DNA of 64,000 nucleotides from the NCBI GenBank assembly GCA_964404675.1, contig CAYOLB010000303.1, positions 222 through 64,221 on the forward strand. The letters are read 5' to 3'. A program made the translations under genes and the position numbers. Source of the stretch: an uncultured Atribacterota bacterium (lineage in GTDB: Bacteria > Atribacterota > Phoenicimicrobiia > Phoenicimicrobiales > Stramentimicrobiaceae). Shown here piece by piece: positions 59,755 to 64,000 of this stretch. How positions within the stretch are numbered: the first letter of the stretch is position 1; each line of letters starts with the position of its first letter. Below the pieces are notes generated by a model. It was given only the letters and a program-made list of their open reading frames with translations, was not told where the DNA came from and ran no database searches.

Positions 59755-62394
59755 TTATTCTTTTAAAACCGCATGTGCTGCAGCTAATCTAGCAATAGGA
59801 ACTCTAAAAGGAGAACAGCTTACATAATTCAGTCCAGTTCTGTGACAAAATTCAACTGAATTAGGTTCTCCTCCATGTTCACCACAAATACCAATCTCTA
59901 GTTTAGGATTTGTTTTTCTGCCTAATTCTACACCAGTTTGAACCAATTTACCGACTCCCTTTGTATCTAATACTTCAAATGGATTTTCCTTTAATATTCC
60001 TTCTTCTACATATTTAAGAAGGAATTTGCCTTCAGCATCATCTCTACTTATTCCAAAAGTTGTTTGAGTTAAATCATTGGTTCCGAAAGAGAAAAATTCT
60101 GCATATTCAGCAATCTCATCAGCAGTTAGTGCTGCTCTAGGCAATTCTATCATCGTACCTACTTTATAATCTAATTCAATATTTTCAGCAGAAATAATAT
60201 TTTTTGCTATTTCCTTTGTTTTATCATAAATTGGCTTTAATTCATTTATATGACCAACCAATGGAATCATAATTTCCGGTTTTACATCTACACCCTGTTT
60301 CTTCAATTCTACACTGGCCTCGATAATAGCCTTTATCTGCATTTCATAAATTTCAGGATATAACAAGCCTAAACGACATCCTCTCAAACCAAGCATTGGA
60401 TTCATTTCCTGTAACATTCTTATTCTTTCTAAAATCGTTTCTTCTTTTTCCAGCTCTTCCTTATTTTGAGGTTTCTCCAACCGCAAGGTTGTTACTTTCA
60501 CTAATGTTTCTTCGAAATTTGGTAAAAATTCATGCAAAGGTGGGTCTAACAATCTAATAATTACCGGTAAACCCTGCATAGCTTTTAATATACCTATAAA
60601 ATCACTTTTCTGCATAGGTAATAGTTTAGCCAGCTGTTCTTCCCTGGATTCTTTGGTATCAGCAATAATCATAGCTTGAACAATTGGTAATCTTTCAGGT
60701 GCCATAAACATATGCTCTGTTCTGCATAAACCAATTCCTTCTGCACCTAAATCTCTAGCCTTTTGCGCATCTTCCGGAGTATCAGCATTTGCATATACAC
60801 CAAGTTTTCTTATTTCGTCTGCCCATGAAAGCAACAATTTAAATTCTTCACTCATTTTGGGTTCTATCATTGGTACTTTGCCTTTATAGACATTACCGTT
60901 ACCACCATCAATGGTAATAAACTCATCTTTTTTAATTGTCAAACCATTTGTAGTAAAAAGACCTTTCGATGCATTAATAGATAATTGACTACATCCTGCT
61001 ACGCAAGGCATACCCATTCCTCGTGCAACTACAGCAGCATGGCTGGTCATTCCTCCACGACTTGTTAAAGTTCCCTTAGCCGCAACCATGCCATGAATAT
61101 CGTCAGGAGTAGTTTCGGTTCTTACCAATATTACATCTTCTCCATCTTTGCCCATTCTTTCAGCTTCATCAGCCGTAAATACAACTTTACCTGATGCAGC
61201 ACCGGGTGAAGCAGGCAATCCTGTTGCTATAGGCTTAATATCAGCCTCAGGGTCAATTCTGCGATGAAGTAATTGATTAAGTTGAATAGGTTCAATTCTC
61301 TCAACAGCAGTTTTTTTATCAATTATATTTTCTTTAACCATATCAACTGCTATTTTAAGGGCAGCTTGTGTAGTGCGTTTTCCAGTTCTTGTCTGAAGCA
61401 AATAAAGTTTGCCTTTTTCAATAGTAAATTCATAATCCTGAACGTCTTTGTAATTATTTTCCAATTTTCCAACTGTATCAATTAATTCTTTATAAACATC
61501 AGGCATATCATTTTTTAATTCATCTAGATGTTTTGGTGTCCTAGTACCAGAAACAACATCTTCTCCCTGAGCATTTAATAAATATTCTCCATAGTTTTCT
61601 TTTTCACCTGTAGATGGATTTCTAGTGAAGCCAACTCCTGTACCGGATTCATAACCCATATTCCCAAATACCATTTCCTGTACATTAACAGCAGTTCCTA
61701 AATCATCAGGGATATTGTTAATTTTCCTATAAGTTATTGCTCTTTTATTATCCCATGAACTAAAGACTGCCTCTATGGACATATTTAACTGTTTTTGAGG
61801 GTCATCAGGGAATTCTTTTCCAGTTTCTTTTAAAACTAAAGATTTATATTCTTTAACAACTTTTTTTAATCCTTCAACACTAATATCTGCATCAATTTCA
61901 ACTTTTTCTTCTTCTTTTATAGATTCTAATATTTTTTCAAAATGTTCACCAGTAATTCCCATAACAACATTTCCGAACATTTGGATAAATCTTCTGTAAC
62001 TATCATAGGCAAATCTCTCATCATCTGTTTTTTTAATTACTCCCTGTATGGTATTTTCGTTTAAGCCTAAGTTTAAAATAGTATCCATCATGCCAGGCAT
62101 TGAAATTGCAGCTCCTGAGCGAACAGAAACCAAAAGGGGATTTTCAGTATCCCCTAATTGCTTGCCTGTTTTTTCTTCTAGTTTTTCAAGATTTTCCTTT
62201 ATTTGCTCATTTAAGCCTGAAGGGAATTTTTTGTTACCCTTGGTATATTCAATACATGCTTCTGAAGTAATTGTAAAACCACGAGGAACAGGTAGGCCCA
62301 TTCTGGTCATTTCAGCTAAATTGGCACCTTTGCCCCCTAACATTTTTTTCATATCCTTATTGCCTTCGTCAAAAAAATATACGTATTTTTTCAT
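59755..62394 (-). CDS. ppdK: Pyruvate, phosphate dikinase
   Basis: 879 aa. GGKGANLAEM, phosphohistidine region GGMTSHAAVVARGMG, C-terminal FFSFGTNDLTQ and ICGEHGG. Confidence 0.97.
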   Translation of the reverse strand: MKKYVYFFDEGNKDMKKMLGGKGANLAEMTRMGLPVPRGFTITSEACIEYTKGNKKFPSGLNEQIKENLEKLEEKTGKQLGDTENPLLVSVRSGAAISMPGMMDTILNLGLNENTIQGVIKKTDDERFAYDSYRRFIQMFGNVVMGITGEHFEKILESIKEEEKVEIDADISVEGLKKVVKEYKSLVLKETGKEFPDDPQKQLNMSIEAVFSSWDNKRAITYRKINNIPDDLGTAVNVQEMVFGNMGYESGTGVGFTRNPSTGEKENYGEYLLNAQGEDVVSGTRTPKHLDELKNDMPDVYKELIDTVGKLENNYKDVQDYEFTIEKGKLYLLQTRTGKRTTQAALKIAVDMVKENIIDKKTAVERIEPIQLNQLLHRRIDPEADIKPIATGLPASPGAASGKVVFTADEAERMGKDGEDVILVRTETTPDDIHGMVAAKGTLTSRGGMTSHAAVVARGMGMPCVAGCSQLSINASKGLFTTNGLTIKKDEFITIDGGNGNVYKGKVPMIEPKMSEEFKLLLSWADEIRKLGVYANADTPEDAQKARDLGAEGIGLCRTEHMFMAPERLPIVQAMIIADTKESREEQLAKLLPMQKSDFIGILKAMQGLPVIIRLLDPPLHEFLPNFEETLVKVTTLRLEKPQNKEELEKEETILERIRMLQEMNPMLGLRGCRLGLLYPEIYEMQIKAIIEASVELKKQGVDVKPEIMIPLVGHINELKPIYDKTKEIAKNIISAENIELDYKVGTMIELPRAALTADEIAEYAEFFSFGTNDLTQTTFGISRDDAEGKFLLKYVEEGILKENPFEVLDTKGVGKLVQTGVELGRKTNPKLEIGICGEHGGEPNSVEFCHRTGLNYVSCSPFRVPIARLAAAHAVLKE

Positions 62395-62460
62395 TTATTC
62401 AATTCTCCTCTCTTTTGTTAATCTATAAGATATAAAATATTTTTTTAAAAATAAAATATT

Positions 62461-64000
62461 TTACTCGGAATTGCCTTTCGCCATTGCAATTTTTGATAGA
62501 TCAGCTAAATTGTAATACATTTCGGTAATTTTCGCCAGTAATGCTAATCGGTTTCTTCTAATTATTGCATCTTTTTCCATTACTAAAACATTGTCAAAAA
62601 AAGTATTTATTGGTTCGGTCATTTTTTCTAAATAATCAAATACCTTATTATACTCTTTTTTTGAAATTGCATTCTTTATTTTATCATTAACTTCAATATA
62701 ATATTGGTAGAGTCGTTTTTCCTCTTTTTCCGAAAAAATATCACAATTAATTTCATTATCTTTGTTATTTTTTGATAGATTGTATGTCCTTGTAGCTGCA
62801 GTTATTATTTTATTAAATTTCGGTAGTTCATAGATGTCTTGTATAATTTTTACCCTGGTTAAAGTATCATTAATACTATTTGGATTTCTTTTTAATACAG
62901 AATCTATAACATCGTATCTATACCCCTTTTCAATTAACATATATCGTAGACGTTGTAATATAAAATCTTTTATTTTATAGATAAATTCATCATTATCAAA
63001 TTTATCCTTTGTTTTGCTAGTGTTAATAAATGTTTTAATATTAAATTTGATTATATCATATAAAGGAATATCCATACTATTTTCGGAAGATAAAACAATA
63101 TTAATGATTCCCAATGATTGCCTTCTTAGGGCGTATGGATCTTGAGAACCATCTGGAATGTTATTATTTATGAAACAAGCTGTTATGTTATCCAATTTAT
63201 CGGATATGCTAAGGATTTTACCAACAATTGTCTTTGGTAATTTATCATCAGAGCTTCTTGGCAAATAGTGTTCAAGTATGCTCTCAGCAACCTGTTGATT
63301 TTCTCCTTGCAATAATGCATATTCCTTTCCCATAATTCCCTGTAATTCTGGAAATTCTTTGACCATTTCAGTTACCAAATCTGATTTGCATAAGAGGGCT
63401 GCCCTTTTAAGAATTTCTAATAAGCTGCAATCTAAGTTTATTATTATTGCAATTTTTTGTGATAAAGCTATAATTCTCTCAACTTTATCATACATAGATC
63501 CCAAATTTTCCTGATATACAACATCTTTTAACTTGTTTAAGTTATTATCAAGTGGTTTCATTTTTTTATCAGAAACTTTTTGGTCTTCTAGGTAGAAAAA
63601 TCTGGCATCTTCCAACCTAGCTTTTAGTACCCTTTCATTCCCTCGAATAATGCTATCTTTATATTTATCTTCATTACCATTTATTACAACAAAGAAAAAT
63701 GGTAACAATCTATCATCTTTTGAATAAACCGGAAAATATTTTTGATGCTTAATCATTACTGACTTTAAGACATCAGTGGGCAATTTTAAATAGCTTTTGT
63801 CATATTTTCCTAATATAACTCGGGGAAATTCTACTAAATTTTTTACTTCATCAAGCAATGATTGTTCTATTTGTTCTTTACCAGATATCTTATTCAAAGT
63901 TATCTTAATTTCCTTTATTATTATTTCTTTTCTTTTTTCAGGATTAATTACTACATAGCATTCTTTCATTTTACTGAAATACTCATCAGCGGATCTGATT
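62461..64000 (-). CDS. glyS: Glycine--tRNA ligase beta subunit (N-terminal part lies beyond the window)
   Basis: LKARLEDARFFYLEDQK, PELQGIMG.EYA, DPYALRR. The frame remains open upstream of the track's ATG 63969 (..IRSADEYFSK-MKECYVV) up to position 64000, so the gene is truncated by the window edge. Confidence 0.92.
   Translation of the reverse strand, partial: IRSADEYFSKMKECYVVINPEKRKEIIIKEIKITLNKISGKEQIEQSLLDEVKNLVEFPRVILGKYDKSYLKLPTDVLKSVMIKHQKYFPVYSKDDRLLPFFFVVINGNEDKYKDSIIRGNERVLKARLEDARFFYLEDQKVSDKKMKPLDNNLNKLKDVVYQENLGSMYDKVERIIALSQKIAIIINLDCSLLEILKRAALLCKSDLVTEMVKEFPELQGIMGKEYALLQGENQQVAESILEHYLPRSSDDKLPKTIVGKILSISDKLDNITACFINNNIPDGSQDPYALRRQSLGIINIVLSSENSMDIPLYDIIKFNIKTFINTSKTKDKFDNDEFIYKIKDFILQRLRYMLIEKGYRYDVIDSVLKRNPNSINDTLTRVKIIQDIYELPKFNKIITAATRTYNLSKNNKDNEINCDIFSEKEEKRLYQYYIEVNDKIKNAISKKEYNKVFDYLEKMTEPINTFFDNVLVMEKDAIIRRNRLALLAKITEMYYNLADLSKIAMAKGNSE

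Overview
Low-GC, very AT-rich bacterial chromosome segment that is almost entirely core housekeeping genes. I call 62 protein genes and 1 tRNA. All but two genes (tmcAL and rpmB) lie on the minus strand.

Gene content and order closely follow the Bacillota (Bacillus/Clostridium) layout:
- a nine-gene V-type ATPase operon in Enterococcus hirae ntp order;
- ispG-rseP-dxr-cdsA-uppS-frr-pyrH-tsf-rpsB;
- hslUV-xerC-topA;
- plsY-der, rpe, comM-yraN-rnhB-rplS-trmD-khpA-rpsP-ffh;
- ftsY-smc-rnc-acpP-fapR;
- rpmF-pta, tmcAL, coaD-rsmD, rpmB, ispH-cmk-rluB-scpBA-trpS;
- an M50 protease, a DHH-CBS-CCA-type nucleotidyltransferase fusion, pdp, a membrane pyrophosphatase, ppdK and the 3' part of glyS.

The only stretch that looks accessory is the left end (1-4700). 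It holds a TetR-controlled radical SAM gene, an MTH938-like protein, a Memo-like protein and an NHL/TPR membrane protein.

I found no CRISPR array, transposase, phage or defence genes, toxin-antitoxin pair or rRNA, so I cannot support a claim of a new multi-gene system here. The points most worth following up are small-scale:
- a repeated 11-mer triad (anti-SD, decoy, true SD) in a 427-bp non-coding spacer upstream of ffh;
- two essential genes (ftsY, scpB) whose conserved N-termini are only reachable from ATT start codons;
- sequence signatures suggesting sodium-coupled energetics (Na+-type NtpK c-ring site and a K+-dependent, Na+-type pyrophosphatase next to ppdK);
- a textbook promoter/operator in front of the tetR-radical SAM pair.

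All protein identifications rest on motif and family recognition by eye. No database search was possible.
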